From positions 1-64,000 of IMG/VR virus record IMGVR_UViG_3300021255_001748: DNA of 64,000 nucleotides; one strand, 5' to 3'. The stretch is from a virus (Duplodnaviria > Caudoviricetes). Positions 52,309 through 62,228 of this stretch are shown here, piece by piece. A program made the translations under genes and the position numbers. How positions within the stretch are numbered: the first letter of the stretch is position 1; each line of letters starts with the position of its first letter. The notes under the pieces were generated by a model. It was not told the origin of the DNA. It saw nothing but the letters and a program-made list of their open reading frames with translations, and did no database searches.

Positions 52309-52914
52309 ATGGACCCAGATTTTGGTTTCCTAATCTCAGACGATACGTCTGGATTAGACCCTGTAATGTATCAGTATTATCATCAAATGAATGATAATAG
52401 AACGCTTATTTTAAATGCTGATATTGATGAGCGTATTGTAGAAATGATTTATTTACCTATGAGAGATTGGGAAAATGATAGTGATACACGCCCAGTAACA
52501 CTTATACTTAATTCACAGGGTGGGTGCGTATCAGATGGATTCTTCCTTGCTCAATATATTAGCCAATATAAAAAGCCATTGCATATTATTGTTCCTGGAT
52601 ATGCGGCTTCTATGGCAGCTGTGATTTTAGCTGGCGGCGGCAAGAATGAAAATGTAACTCGTTTTTGTTTTCCTAGTACATATGCTCTTATTCATGATGG
52701 ATACGTAGCTTTAAGTGCAAGCGAAGCCAAGACAGCAAATGATATTATGGCCTTTAATAATAAGGTAGATGAAAGCATTCGACAGTTCATTGTTGATAAT
52801 ACAAATATTACTGCAGAAGAATATGACGCTCAAGCTAGACATCAATGGTTTTTATCCGCGGATGAAATGAAGAAATATAATCTTGTGGATAAAATTTATG
52901 GTGTTGATGCTTAA
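52309..52914 (+). CDS. ClpP-family protease
   Basis: LNSQGG; AASMAAVI; ALIHDG; GGAGG RBS. Confidence 0.8.
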   Translation: MDPDFGFLISDDTSGLDPVMYQYYHQMNDNRTLILNADIDERIVEMIYLPMRDWENDSDTRPVTLILNSQGGCVSDGFFLAQYISQYKKPLHIIVPGYAASMAAVILAGGGKNENVTRFCFPSTYALIHDGYVALSASEAKTANDIMAFNNKVDESIRQFIVDNTNITAEEYDAQARHQWFLSADEMKKYNLVDKIYGVDA

Positions 52915-54155
52915 TGAATATTAATTTTTTAGATACTTCTGCAGTACTCAATGGGGCTTATAAAAGATTTCAAAATATATATATTAGTCCTATTGTATTA
53001 ATGGAACTTGAAAATATAAAAACTTCATAGCAGAAAGATGATAAAACTAAATATCTCGCACGGTAGGCTGTGCGAGATATTATTACATCTAGAGATATAC
53101 ATTTTATTACTGATAATAATCATGTTAAAAGAAAATTTAGAAAATATCCAATACTATAGAATATTCATGATCACTGGCTAATTGCTGAGGCTGCCGCATT
53201 AAAAAATTATTCAAATGAAGTATTTTTTATAACTGCCGATGGCGCTTAGTTTTTAATTGCTAAATAGATTAAAGAATTATAGGCAATATATTTAGATGAC
53301 AAAGAAGAAAGTCGTATTGAATAGATAGAATATTGTGGCTGGGGTAAATATTATCCTAATAATTCACAAATGGCCCAATTATATCAATGTCCAACAATGA
53401 ACACCTTAAAATGTCCTACTAATTCATTTGCTGAAATATTCGCAGGTGATGAATTAAAGGACGTATTATTCTGGGACGGACATGAATACAAACCTTTAAA
53501 TTATAAAGATATTAAAAATGTATATACTGGTGAGGTAATTAAGCCTCGTAATTTAGAGCAAAAAATGGCTATACATCTACTTCAAAACTAGGATATAAAG
53601 GTTAAATTATTAACATCTGCTTGGGGTAGCGGAAAAACATTATTAGCTCTAAATTATGCATTAGAACAAGTAGCTCGCGGCCGCCAGCCTAAAATTACTT
53701 TTATTCGCAATAATATTATAGTTGCAGATACTAAAGATATTGGTTTTGTGCCTGGTGATGTACGACAAAAAATGAGCTTGTGGGGAGGAGTAATTGCCGA
53801 CCATTTAGGCGGTCAAATGATGCTTGACCAATTAATTGATGATGGTATTATTGAAATATTCCCTATTTCTCATATTAGAGGACGTTCTATAAAAGGTATT
53901 ATCTTTTGCGATGAATGTGAAAATTTAAATGATAAATTAGTTACATTATTACTTAGCCGCGTAGAAGATGGCGGCGAAATTATATTTTGCGGGGATGTAG
54001 CATAGATTGACAATCCTAAATTTGAAAAAAATAATGGTATTAAAGCTATGCTGGATAATTTAGTAGGTGACCCACTATTTGGAACTGTTAAATTATTAAA
54101 ATCAGAGCGCGGACCAATTCCACAACTCTGTGATAAAATTATTCCTCCAAGATAA
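52914..54155 (+). CDS. PIN-PhoH family ATPase (413 aa, code 15)
   Basis: FLDTSAV (PIN); SAWGSGKT; IRGRSI; DECEN; GDVA(Q)ID. Confidence 0.85.
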
Positions 54156-54213
54156 CTAAATGGGGTAAGTCTAATGACTTACCCCGCATATTTTCATTTA
54201 TAGGAGAGATTAC

Positions 54214-54888
54214 ATGAAAGTATTAGTAGCTTGTGAAGAATCTTAGAGAATAACTATTGAAATGCGTAAATTAGGAAATGAATGTTATTCTTGTGATATT
54301 GATGAACCATCGGGCGACCATCCTGAATGGCATATATTGGGAGACGTCTTGCCGTATATAAATGGTAATTGTACTTTTAAAACTATGGATGGTACGGAGC
54401 ATACAATAGATGGTCAATGGGATTTACTTATTGCCCATCCGCCCTGTACTTATCTTACAGTATCCGGTAATAGATGGTTCAATGTAGAAAAGTATGGTGA
54501 AAAGGCATTAGAGAGAATTAAACAGCGTGAAGATGCCGTAGAATTTTTTCTTAAATTTATTAATGCTAAGTGCGACCACATATGTGTAGAAAATCCAGTG
54601 GGATATATGAATACACATTATCGCAAGCCGGATCAAATTATTCAACCATTTTGGTTTGGTGATCCGGAGCGTAAAACTACTTGCTTATGGTTAAAAAATT
54701 TACCCGCGCTAAAGCCAACTGATATGGTAGACCCAGATATTACAGATAGTTCTACTGGCCATAGTGGTTACAGCTCTTGGCATATGGATATGCAATTTAT
54801 TGGTAAATCCAAAAAAGAAAGAAGTAAATGGCGTAGTAAAACATTCCCAGGAATAGCAAAAGCTATTGCAGAATAGTGGGGACAATAA
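54214..54888 (+). CDS. DNA cytosine methyltransferase-like protein (code 15)
   Basis: MKVLVACEES(Q); IAHPPCTYL; ENPVG; RSKTFPGIAKAIAE(Q)WG. Confidence 0.8.
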
Positions 54889-54944
54889 TATTTGACAAGA
54901 TTAGAAAATTGTGTTATAATAAAGAAAAAATGAGGTATTTTAAT

Positions 54945-55622
54945 ATGGAACAAAATAAACCACTCGGCTACTTAGGTGGCGACATTATGACTTTTGGTTC
55001 TAATTTAGCACGTCAATATGAATACGATAAGTTTAAGGAAGCTAACATTCCTGGCTCTGTATATAGTCCAGTAATGAATAAATCTATTAATGACAAATCT
55101 AATATGACAGAGGAAGAAAACAATCATCTAGCCGAAAAGATTTGTGAAGCTGATATTGAAAGACTTTGGCATAGCGATTATACAGTACTCTGCCCAGAAC
55201 AGTCAGCCATTGGTACTATGTGTGAAATGGGCGTTCTTTATGGATGGAAATACATGGCAGAGCATTTATGGGAAGATATGATAGAAGAATATTTTAATCG
55301 TCATCCGGATGCTGGATTAGCTTGGTGGATGCTTCCAGTTGAGCAACAACCAGAAGGATTTAAAGTAGAAATGTATGATATTTTCTGTACTGTACTTCAG
55401 CGGCAAGCAAATAAGAAAAATTATGCTCATTATTTTGATATTCGTACTAACCATCTTAATGAGAAGGATTGGCGCCGAAGCTTTTCAATCAATTAGATGT
55501 TATATGGAATGTGCTTATATGCCACAGAGGATCATGAATTACATAATTCATTTGATGAAATTATTCCTCTCCTAAAAGAACAATATGGAAGTGAGGCGAA
55601 TGAATCATCCAGTTCTAATTAA
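54945..55622 (+). CDS. nucleoside 2-deoxyribosyltransferase-like protein (code 15)
   Basis: GYLGG..VYSP..ADIERLWHSD..IGTMCEMG..DIRT..SIN(Q)MLYG. Confidence 0.7.
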
Positions 55623-56139
55623 TCACGATACTCATACATTGATTGCTACAAAAATAGAACCAATATTAGATCAGTATAATAAACCATCACCATATCATAT
55701 TCGTCAATTAACATGGAGATATTGGGCAAAAGACGAGACTCATTATGATAGAATTGAAATTCAAATTCTTTCAGACAGAGAAGAATATTTTACATTTGCT
55801 CGTAATTGCCCAGATACCCCTCCATTATTATATGTAAAACAATATAACGAGGAATTTATTATTTCATCGGGCGATTATCAATGTATATCAATTTATAATT
55901 TAACACGCCGTGAATTTAAAGAATATGTATATCCACGAGATGAAGAGTTAATTCATTATAGAGGATTCTGCCCTAAAGAATATGAATGGCGTGACTTTGA
56001 TAATACTTTAACAGTCGTTGGCCAAGTGCCATATGGCCCAATGGAAATAATGTTAATACATAATATAGATTTAAATAATATAACATTCCAAGAAATAGAT
56101 TGGGATGATTATTATGAAGATGAAGATGAAGGAGAATAA
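55600..56139 (+). CDS. hypothetical protein
   Basis: GAGG RBS; acidic C-terminus. Confidence 0.6.
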   Translation: MNHPVLINHDTHTLIATKIEPILDQYNKPSPYHIRQLTWRYWAKDETHYDRIEIQILSDREEYFTFARNCPDTPPLLYVKQYNEEFIISSGDYQCISIYNLTRREFKEYVYPRDEELIHYRGFCPKEYEWRDFDNTLTVVGQVPYGPMEIMLIHNIDLNNITFQEIDWDDYYEDEDEGE

Positions 56140-56144
56140 AATAT

Positions 56145-57422
56145 ATGCTTTATAATATCAATGATAAGCTTCCTTTTAAGCGACTAATCGTTGCTGCATT
56201 TCAGCAAGTCATCGCTTGCTTTGTGGCCACCGTTCTTATCCCCTCAATTTGCGGCGTTCCTATTGCTCCGGCTATGGTAGGCGCAGCAATTGGTACTCTT
56301 ATTTACCAGCTATGTACTCGCGGCCAAAGCCCTATGTTTATCAGCTCTTCAGGTGGATTTGTCGCCGCAGTAATTGGCGCTCTAACCCTTGGAACTGCTC
56401 CTAACTTTACAGCCGTTCTAATTGGCGGTATTATTGTATGCCTTATTTATTGTATTGTCGGCCTAGTAATTAATAAGTGTGGAACAGCTTGGATTAACAA
56501 GCTTCTGCCGCCATATGTTATCGGTCCGGTCGTTATGGTAATTGGTCTAAACCTAGCTACCTTCTTACCAACCTACTTCCAAGTAAATGGTGAATATAGT
56601 CTAATTGGATTTGGACTTGGTATGCTAACTCTAGCCATCACTGCGCTAATTTCTCACTATGGAAAGGGATTTGTAAAGAATTTACCATTCCTATTCTCAA
56701 TTTTTATTGTCTATGGATTATCTGTAATTCTTACACTTTGCGGCGTTCCAATTGTTAATTTTGAGCCTTTCCATAATCTCCAGATTTTCCAGATGCCAGA
56801 CTTCGCGTTCTTCCATCTTGACTTTGCTAACTTTGATTGGGGTCTAATGCCACAGATTCTACTACTATTTGCTCCACTATCTCTTGTATGTCTATGTGAG
56901 CATATTTCAGACCATAAGGCTTTAAGCGCAGTTATTGGCACAGACCTAACCCAAAATCCCGGCGTAGGCCATACTCTAATTGGCGATGGTATTGCTACAG
57001 CTTTTGGTACCCTAATTGGCTCTATTCCTAACACTTCTTATGGCGAAAGTGTAGGCACAACAGGTTTCAGTAAGATTTGCTCTAAGTATGTAATTACACT
57101 AGCGGCAATTATTATGGGCGTCGCAGCTTTCTTTGGCCCACTACAGGCTCTACTTATATCACTACCTTCCGCAATCTTTGGCGGCTGTGCGGCCATTCTC
57201 TATGGCTACATCACTCTTTCTGGTGTAAGAACCATTAAGGATAATAATCTTGACCTTAACGATAATAAGGTCGTAACTATTATTGCCTCAATTCTAACTA
57301 TTGGTGTCTCTGGTGTTGTATGCAATTTTGGTGTTATCAGTATCGGTACTACCGCTCTTGCAATGTTCGTAGGTATTATTTTAAATCTAATTCTAAAGAA
57401 CAAAAAGGAGATTAATCTATGA
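56145..57422 (+). CDS. NCS2 uracil/xanthine permease (UraA/PyrP-like)
   Basis: many hydrophobic helices; ISSSGGFV; IGPVVMVIGL; EHISDH; GDGIAT; PNTSYGES. Confidence 0.9.
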   Translation: MLYNINDKLPFKRLIVAAFQQVIACFVATVLIPSICGVPIAPAMVGAAIGTLIYQLCTRGQSPMFISSSGGFVAAVIGALTLGTAPNFTAVLIGGIIVCLIYCIVGLVINKCGTAWINKLLPPYVIGPVVMVIGLNLATFLPTYFQVNGEYSLIGFGLGMLTLAITALISHYGKGFVKNLPFLFSIFIVYGLSVILTLCGVPIVNFEPFHNLQIFQMPDFAFFHLDFANFDWGLMPQILLLFAPLSLVCLCEHISDHKALSAVIGTDLTQNPGVGHTLIGDGIATAFGTLIGSIPNTSYGESVGTTGFSKICSKYVITLAAIIMGVAAFFGPLQALLISLPSAIFGGCAAILYGYITLSGVRTIKDNNLDLNDNKVVTIIASILTIGVSGVVCNFGVISIGTTALAMFVGIILNLILKNKKEINL

Positions 57423-58729
57423 GATTTTTAGATAAGCATTTTCATATCACTGAACGTGGTTCTACATTTGGCCGCGAGGTTATTGGCGGCCTCGTGACTT
57501 TTATGGCTATGGCCTATATTATCTTTGTTAATCCATCCATTCTAGGTGTAACCGGAATGGATTATACTGCTCTAACTCTAGCCACTTGTATTAGCGCGGC
57601 AGTAGGTACATTATTAACAGCCTTTATGGCCAATGTACCATTTGCGCAGGCTCCTGGCCTAGGTATTAATGCTCTATTCACTTATACCCTTTGTATGAAG
57701 ATTGGCTATACGTGGCAGCAGTGTCTTGCTATTACATTTATTAGCGGCTGCGTATTTCTTGCAATTACACTCTCACCACTCCGTAATAAAATTATTGAAG
57801 CAATTCCAGCCCAACTAAAGCGTGCTATTAGTGTAGGTATCGGCCTCTTTATTGCTCTAATTGGTCTCATTAATGCTGGTATTGTTACCGCAAATAATAA
57901 TCTACTTGACCTTGGCTCAATCACATCCGGAGCGCCTTTACTTGCTCTAATTGGCCTAGCAATTACAGCTATTCTACTTGTATTTAAGGTTCGTGGTGCA
58001 ATTTTATATTCAATTATTGCCACTACTCTAATTGGTATTCCTCTTGGAGTAACTAATACAGCTATATCTTTCAATTTTGAAAATCTCTCACTTGCTCCAA
58101 CATTCTTCCAGCTTTCATTTACTGGACTAACCGCCCTCGGTATTTTCCCGCTAATTACATCTATTCTAACTCTATGCATGTGCGACTGCTTTGATACAGT
58201 AGGAACTCTTACTGGATGCGCGGCCGGTTGCGATATGCTTGATGAAAATGGCAATATGAAGAGCAAGGATATGTCTCGCGCTCTTACTGCTGATGCTCTT
58301 GCTACTGTTGGCGGATCATTACTAGGCACAAGCACTGTAACCACCTTTGTAGAGAGTTCTACTGGCGTTGCCGCTGGCGCTCGCACTGGTCTTGCTTCTG
58401 TGATAACTGGACTACTATTTGCGCTAGCTTGCCTATTAGCGCCAATTGCCGGTATTATTCCATCCGCGGCAACAGCTCCGGCGCTAATCATTGTTGGTAT
58501 CTTTATGATGAAGAATGTCAAGTATATTGATTGGAGTGATATGGAAATTGCTATTCCAGCTTTCCTAACAATCGCAATGATGCCATTCTCCTATTCAATT
58601 AGTGATGGTATTGGATTTGGACTAATTTCTTATGTTCTATTAAAGGCTATTCGCGGCAAGTTCAAAGAAATTCCAATTCTAATGTATTTCTTGGCGGCAT
58701 TGTTCGTAGTAATGTATATTGTGGCATAA
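57419..58729 (+). CDS. NCS2 AzgA-type guanine/hypoxanthine permease
   Basis: GGLVTFMAMAYIIFVNP; APGLGINA; FDTVGT; ESSTGVAAGARTG; MPFSYSI. Confidence 0.9.
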   Translation: MRFLDKHFHITERGSTFGREVIGGLVTFMAMAYIIFVNPSILGVTGMDYTALTLATCISAAVGTLLTAFMANVPFAQAPGLGINALFTYTLCMKIGYTWQQCLAITFISGCVFLAITLSPLRNKIIEAIPAQLKRAISVGIGLFIALIGLINAGIVTANNNLLDLGSITSGAPLLALIGLAITAILLVFKVRGAILYSIIATTLIGIPLGVTNTAISFNFENLSLAPTFFQLSFTGLTALGIFPLITSILTLCMCDCFDTVGTLTGCAAGCDMLDENGNMKSKDMSRALTADALATVGGSLLGTSTVTTFVESSTGVAAGARTGLASVITGLLFALACLLAPIAGIIPSAATAPALIIVGIFMMKNVKYIDWSDMEIAIPAFLTIAMMPFSYSISDGIGFGLISYVLLKAIRGKFKEIPILMYFLAALFVVMYIVA

Positions 58730-58819
58730 TTTTTGGAGGAGCCATTTGGCTCCTCTTATTTGACTTTTTTCAAATTTCGGGTATAATATATATAGAAAGA
58801 AAAGAAAGGAGCCTGAACT

Positions 58820-59194
58820 ATGGGACTTGATATTTACATCATTATGGCTAAAAATCGGCAGCAGGTTCAAGATGAAAACTTTTGGAATGAATGTCATACT
58901 GGCTGGGTAAAAGACGAAGACGGTGATATTGATTTTACTGTACCAACCGAAGTTTACTATGCACGCAAATTCTGGGACCTCTATACTCCTATGTGCCAGC
59001 GGCTTGACCTTGATAATGGAGAATGGAGCGCCCCATTAACTAAGGAAGATATTGAGGAAATGATTCATATTGCCACCCACGAAAAAGATTATTTCTATTC
59101 TTTCGATACTGTTGCAGACTTGTGCGAAATTTTGTATAACTATGACCGAGCAACTGAAGCAGGAATGGTATTCTTATTTAGCGGAAATTATTAA
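58820..59194 (+). CDS. conserved phage hypothetical protein
   Basis: MGLDIY..YARKFWDL; follows the promoter at 58760-58787. Confidence 0.7.
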   Translation: MGLDIYIIMAKNRQQVQDENFWNECHTGWVKDEDGDIDFTVPTEVYYARKFWDLYTPMCQRLDLDNGEWSAPLTKEDIEEMIHIATHEKDYFYSFDTVADLCEILYNYDRATEAGMVFLFSGNY

Positions 59195-59255
59195 AGTTTG
59201 GAATTAATTATATTACCTATCTGTTGAAGATAGGTAATTTCTTTATATAGGAGGT

Positions 59256-59450
59256 GTGGGAATATTGATTGAAGAGATTATTCAAAAATATAAAAAATTT
59301 ATGATGGAACATTACAATTGTCAAAGTGAGGCTGCAGAAGAACTACATATCAGCCGCTCGCATTTAAATAAAATTATTAATAGACGTGATAACCCTTCTA
59401 CAACTTTACTTATTAGAATGGAAGAGGTAATGAAGAAATATGGATATTAA
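59256..59450 (+). CDS. XRE-family HTH protein
   Basis: QSEAAEELHISRSHLNKIIN. Confidence 0.75.
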   Translation: MGILIEEIIQKYKKFMMEHYNCQSEAAEELHISRSHLNKIINRRDNPSTTLLIRMEEVMKKYGY

Positions 59451-59622
59451 ACAAGGATTCCGAGTATATACTCGTTGGATAGCATTAGAATTACGACGGC
59501 AAGGCTTTAAAATTATAGCAACAGATATAAATGAATATAATCCGGAATTTAAAGTATGGATATTTGAAGAGACTCCGGAATTTATTGAAGCTTTCCGTAA
59601 AGTATCGCAATCTAAGCGATAA
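59440..59622 (+). CDS. DUF5659-like protein
   Basis: IALELRRQGF..NPEFKVWIFEETPEF. Confidence 0.6.
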   Translation: MDIKQGFRVYTRWIALELRRQGFKIIATDINEYNPEFKVWIFEETPEFIEAFRKVSQSKR

Positions 59623-59634
59623 GGAGGAAGCAAA

Positions 59635-59979
59635 ATGGCAAATTACGCAAATCAATTAACTTTTTATTTAAATTTAGATAAAACTATTCGTCTTACTGGC
59701 GATACTAGCGGCGATAGTTTTACGCCGTGGATATATTGGAAATATAAGAAAGCCGCGATGAAAAAACTCACTGGTAATGGTTATAAATTATGGGAATATA
59801 TGTTCTCATGGGCCGGTAATGGCAAATTTGATTTATCGCCAAAAACAATTACAGAAGAAATTGGTATTAGTGATAAAGGAATCCGCATTGCACGAAAAGA
59901 ATTAGAAGATTGCGGCTGTATTAAATTACGTGAAGGGAAGCATAATGTTTATGATTTCTTTCCTGACGCAATCCTGTAA
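59635..59979 (+). CDS. winged-HTH protein, putative replication initiator
   Basis: GYKLWEY..LSPKTITEEIGISDKGIRIARKELEDCG; its stop overlaps the iteron array. Confidence 0.6.
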   Translation: MANYANQLTFYLNLDKTIRLTGDTSGDSFTPWIYWKYKKAAMKKLTGNGYKLWEYMFSWAGNGKFDLSPKTITEEIGISDKGIRIARKELEDCGCIKLREGKHNVYDFFPDAIL

Positions 59980-60165
59980 TTTTTACCGTGTTCAATGCGG
60001 TAAAAATTACTAGAACATTCCGGTAAAAATTACCGGAACTTATGGTAAAAATTACAGGATGGTACGGTAAAAATTACCGGAGATTCCGGTAAAAATTACC
60101 GGAGTAATATAAATATAATATAAATATAAATAATAATATAAAATATAAATATCAAATAAAAATAT
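59976..60165. repeat. iteron array plus AT-rich unwinding element (putative replication origin)
   Basis: GGTAAAAATTAC direct copies at 59999, 60022, 60044, 60066 and 60088; inverted copy at 59976; near-pure AT tract at 60105-60165. Confidence 0.8.
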
Positions 60166-60244
60166 GGTTGGCGGCCGCCAACATAAATAAACATTTGACA
60201 ATAAGATAAAATTATGATATAATAAAAGAAAAAGGAGTATAGTT

Positions 60245-60604
60245 ATGAAGTAGAAAATTTCAATTTTTTTACTAATCTTATTATGTTTATTCTCCATTGG
60301 GCAAGCGGAAGAATTAGTTTCGCCTGCAATTCTACCAGACACATCTATTGAACTATAGCCTGTTATGTCAGTAAGAATTTTTACTGATAGAAAACCAGTT
60401 ATGCATGTAGATGAAATTGTACATCTTACAAGCGTTTTAACAGGCTTTGAATGGTGCGAAGAAATTCGGTATCAATGGGAATGCGACAAGAACGATGAAT
60501 TAGGATTTCAGCCTATATCTGGCGCCACACAAGACCATTATGAATTTGCCGCAACTGCCGAAACTTTAAGTTGGGCATGGAGATTAGTAGTATATTATAG
60601 GTGA
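60245..60604 (+). CDS. secreted hypothetical protein (code 15)
   Basis: reading TAG as Gln reveals the signal peptide MK(Q)KISIFLLILLCLFSIGQA; follows the promoter at 60195. Confidence 0.6.
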
Positions 60605-60608
60605 TAAT

Positions 60609-60893
60609 ATGATTAAAATTATTGGTGCTCGTAATACTGGGAAAACTAAACAGCTACTTGAAGCCGCAAATAAAATGCAAGGCACTGTACTTGCCGAAAA
60701 TAAAGAAGCCTTAAAAGTAAAGGCCAATTCTTACGGCTTTTATGATGTAAATATTATTAATTATCAAGACTTAATTGATGGTAATTATTACTACGGTCGA
60801 CCTTTCTTTATTCAGAAAGCCGAATTGTTTCTTGAAACTTTTGCTAAAAAACAAGGCTTAGATTTACAAGGTATAACGTTCACGGAGGATTAA
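60609..60893 (+). CDS. small P-loop-like protein
   Basis: IIGARNTGKT. Confidence 0.55.
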   Translation: MIKIIGARNTGKTKQLLEAANKMQGTVLAENKEALKVKANSYGFYDVNIINYQDLIDGNYYYGRPFFIQKAELFLETFAKKQGLDLQGITFTED

Positions 60894-60896
60894 AGT

Positions 60897-61289
60897 ATGA
60901 TTATTCCTACTCAATATACGCCTCAAACATTTGCTCAGCAAGTTCAAGAGATTATGGAAAATTATCAAGCACGTGCTGAACAAGCAGAAAAGTTTGCGGC
61001 TAAAACGCGAGAAGAAATTAAAGCCGAAGCACGCCGATGGAAGGATGAAAAATTTGAACAATTAGAAGAGCGAGAAAAATTAACTTATGGCCGCTTCGAC
61101 TTTCCACAAGAAATGGAACGATGGAAGCAATTTTGCGATAAACACAAGATTTGTTGTTCAACTTTTAAAGCCAACGGCGGAAAAATGCCTTATATTATTC
61201 CTTATGGAACTAGTATTGGAACCATATATACTGCTGTCTGTCAAGTATGCGGTGAAAAAGAAAATATTACATATACTGAAGGATGGTAA
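60897..61289 (+). CDS. hypothetical protein
   Basis: GGAGG RBS; C-terminal CQVCG. Confidence 0.65.
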   Translation: MIIPTQYTPQTFAQQVQEIMENYQARAEQAEKFAAKTREEIKAEARRWKDEKFEQLEEREKLTYGRFDFPQEMERWKQFCDKHKICCSTFKANGGKMPYIIPYGTSIGTIYTAVCQVCGEKENITYTEGW

Positions 61290-61292
61290 TTT

Positions 61293-61667
61293 ATGGAGAA
61301 ATATGATTATTATACAGCTATATATAATGATGTTGCTGATTATGTAAAAGATAATAATATTAATTTACATAGTTATGGTGATGATATAGAAGAAGTTATC
61401 GAGAAGCTAGAAGAAGAACTATGGAGCGAAGATATAATAACCGGAAACGGCGGCTTCGGTTATGATAGCAATTCTAATTGTGAAGAATATTTGTGTCATA
61501 ATTTAGATATTCTATTTGAAGCGATTTATGACTTTGATTTTGGCATTAATTATCATCATTTAGATAAAGATAATTTACCAAAAACACTTGATAGCTTAAT
61601 TCGTTGTTATCTACTAAATAGCGTGTTATACAATTATGTAAAAGATAATTGGAGGAATGAGGGATGA
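61293..61667 (+). CDS. hypothetical protein
   Basis: DIITGNGG..LDSLIRCYLL motif. Confidence 0.6.
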   Translation: MEKYDYYTAIYNDVADYVKDNNINLHSYGDDIEEVIEKLEEELWSEDIITGNGGFGYDSNSNCEEYLCHNLDILFEAIYDFDFGINYHHLDKDNLPKTLDSLIRCYLLNSVLYNYVKDNWRNEG

Positions 61668-61907
61668 ATAAATACCCATATATAAAAATTAATTGCACGC
61701 TCGAAGCAGACGCAGAGGCAATTAATAAAGATGTTGATGAATTAAAAAATATTTTAGAGCGCTTCTCTGTTACAATGAATCAAGAAATTATTCTTATTAT
61801 TGGTAATGAAGTTTATAGAATTGATAAAAGTGATAAGTCAAGTAATTAAAACTTGACTTTTTTCTATTTTATGATATAATATTATTATAAGAAAAAGGAG
61901 AGATATA

Positions 61908-62216
61908 ATGCTAAAATATCATGAAATTACTCCTCAAACTTGCGATATGGGATTTAGTACTGGTGAATATCAAATAGATAAATCATTAAACTTAAATCAA
62001 ACTTTACGACAATTACAAAACATACTTAAAAGTTGGGGCACTATTACTATACTTTACCCTAATAAAGATATTTGTAGAATATTTGATTATGATTTATATA
62101 ATGATACACAGTTCTACCATCATTTATCAGGATGGGTATATAATATGAAAGTAGATAAAATTACTACTAAATCATGTTTTATGAATCACGATTTAGTTAT
62201 AGAATTGATCAAATAA
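61908..62216 (+). CDS. hypothetical protein
   Basis: follows the promoter at 61853-61880; AAGGAG RBS. Confidence 0.6.
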   Translation: MLKYHEITPQTCDMGFSTGEYQIDKSLNLNQTLRQLQNILKSWGTITILYPNKDICRIFDYDLYNDTQFYHHLSGWVYNMKVDKITTKSCFMNHDLVIELIK

Positions 62217-62228
62217 GGACGTGAGGAA

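Noticed and set aside
56711-58521. Long minus-strand ORFs opposite the permeases, and similar ones at 7137, 42328 and 44299
   Set aside because: Antisense shadows of strongly codon-biased genes, with no motifs or RBS.
59976-60099. CRISPR array
   Set aside because: Repeats are 12 bp with about 10-bp spacers and no cas genes; this fits iterons.
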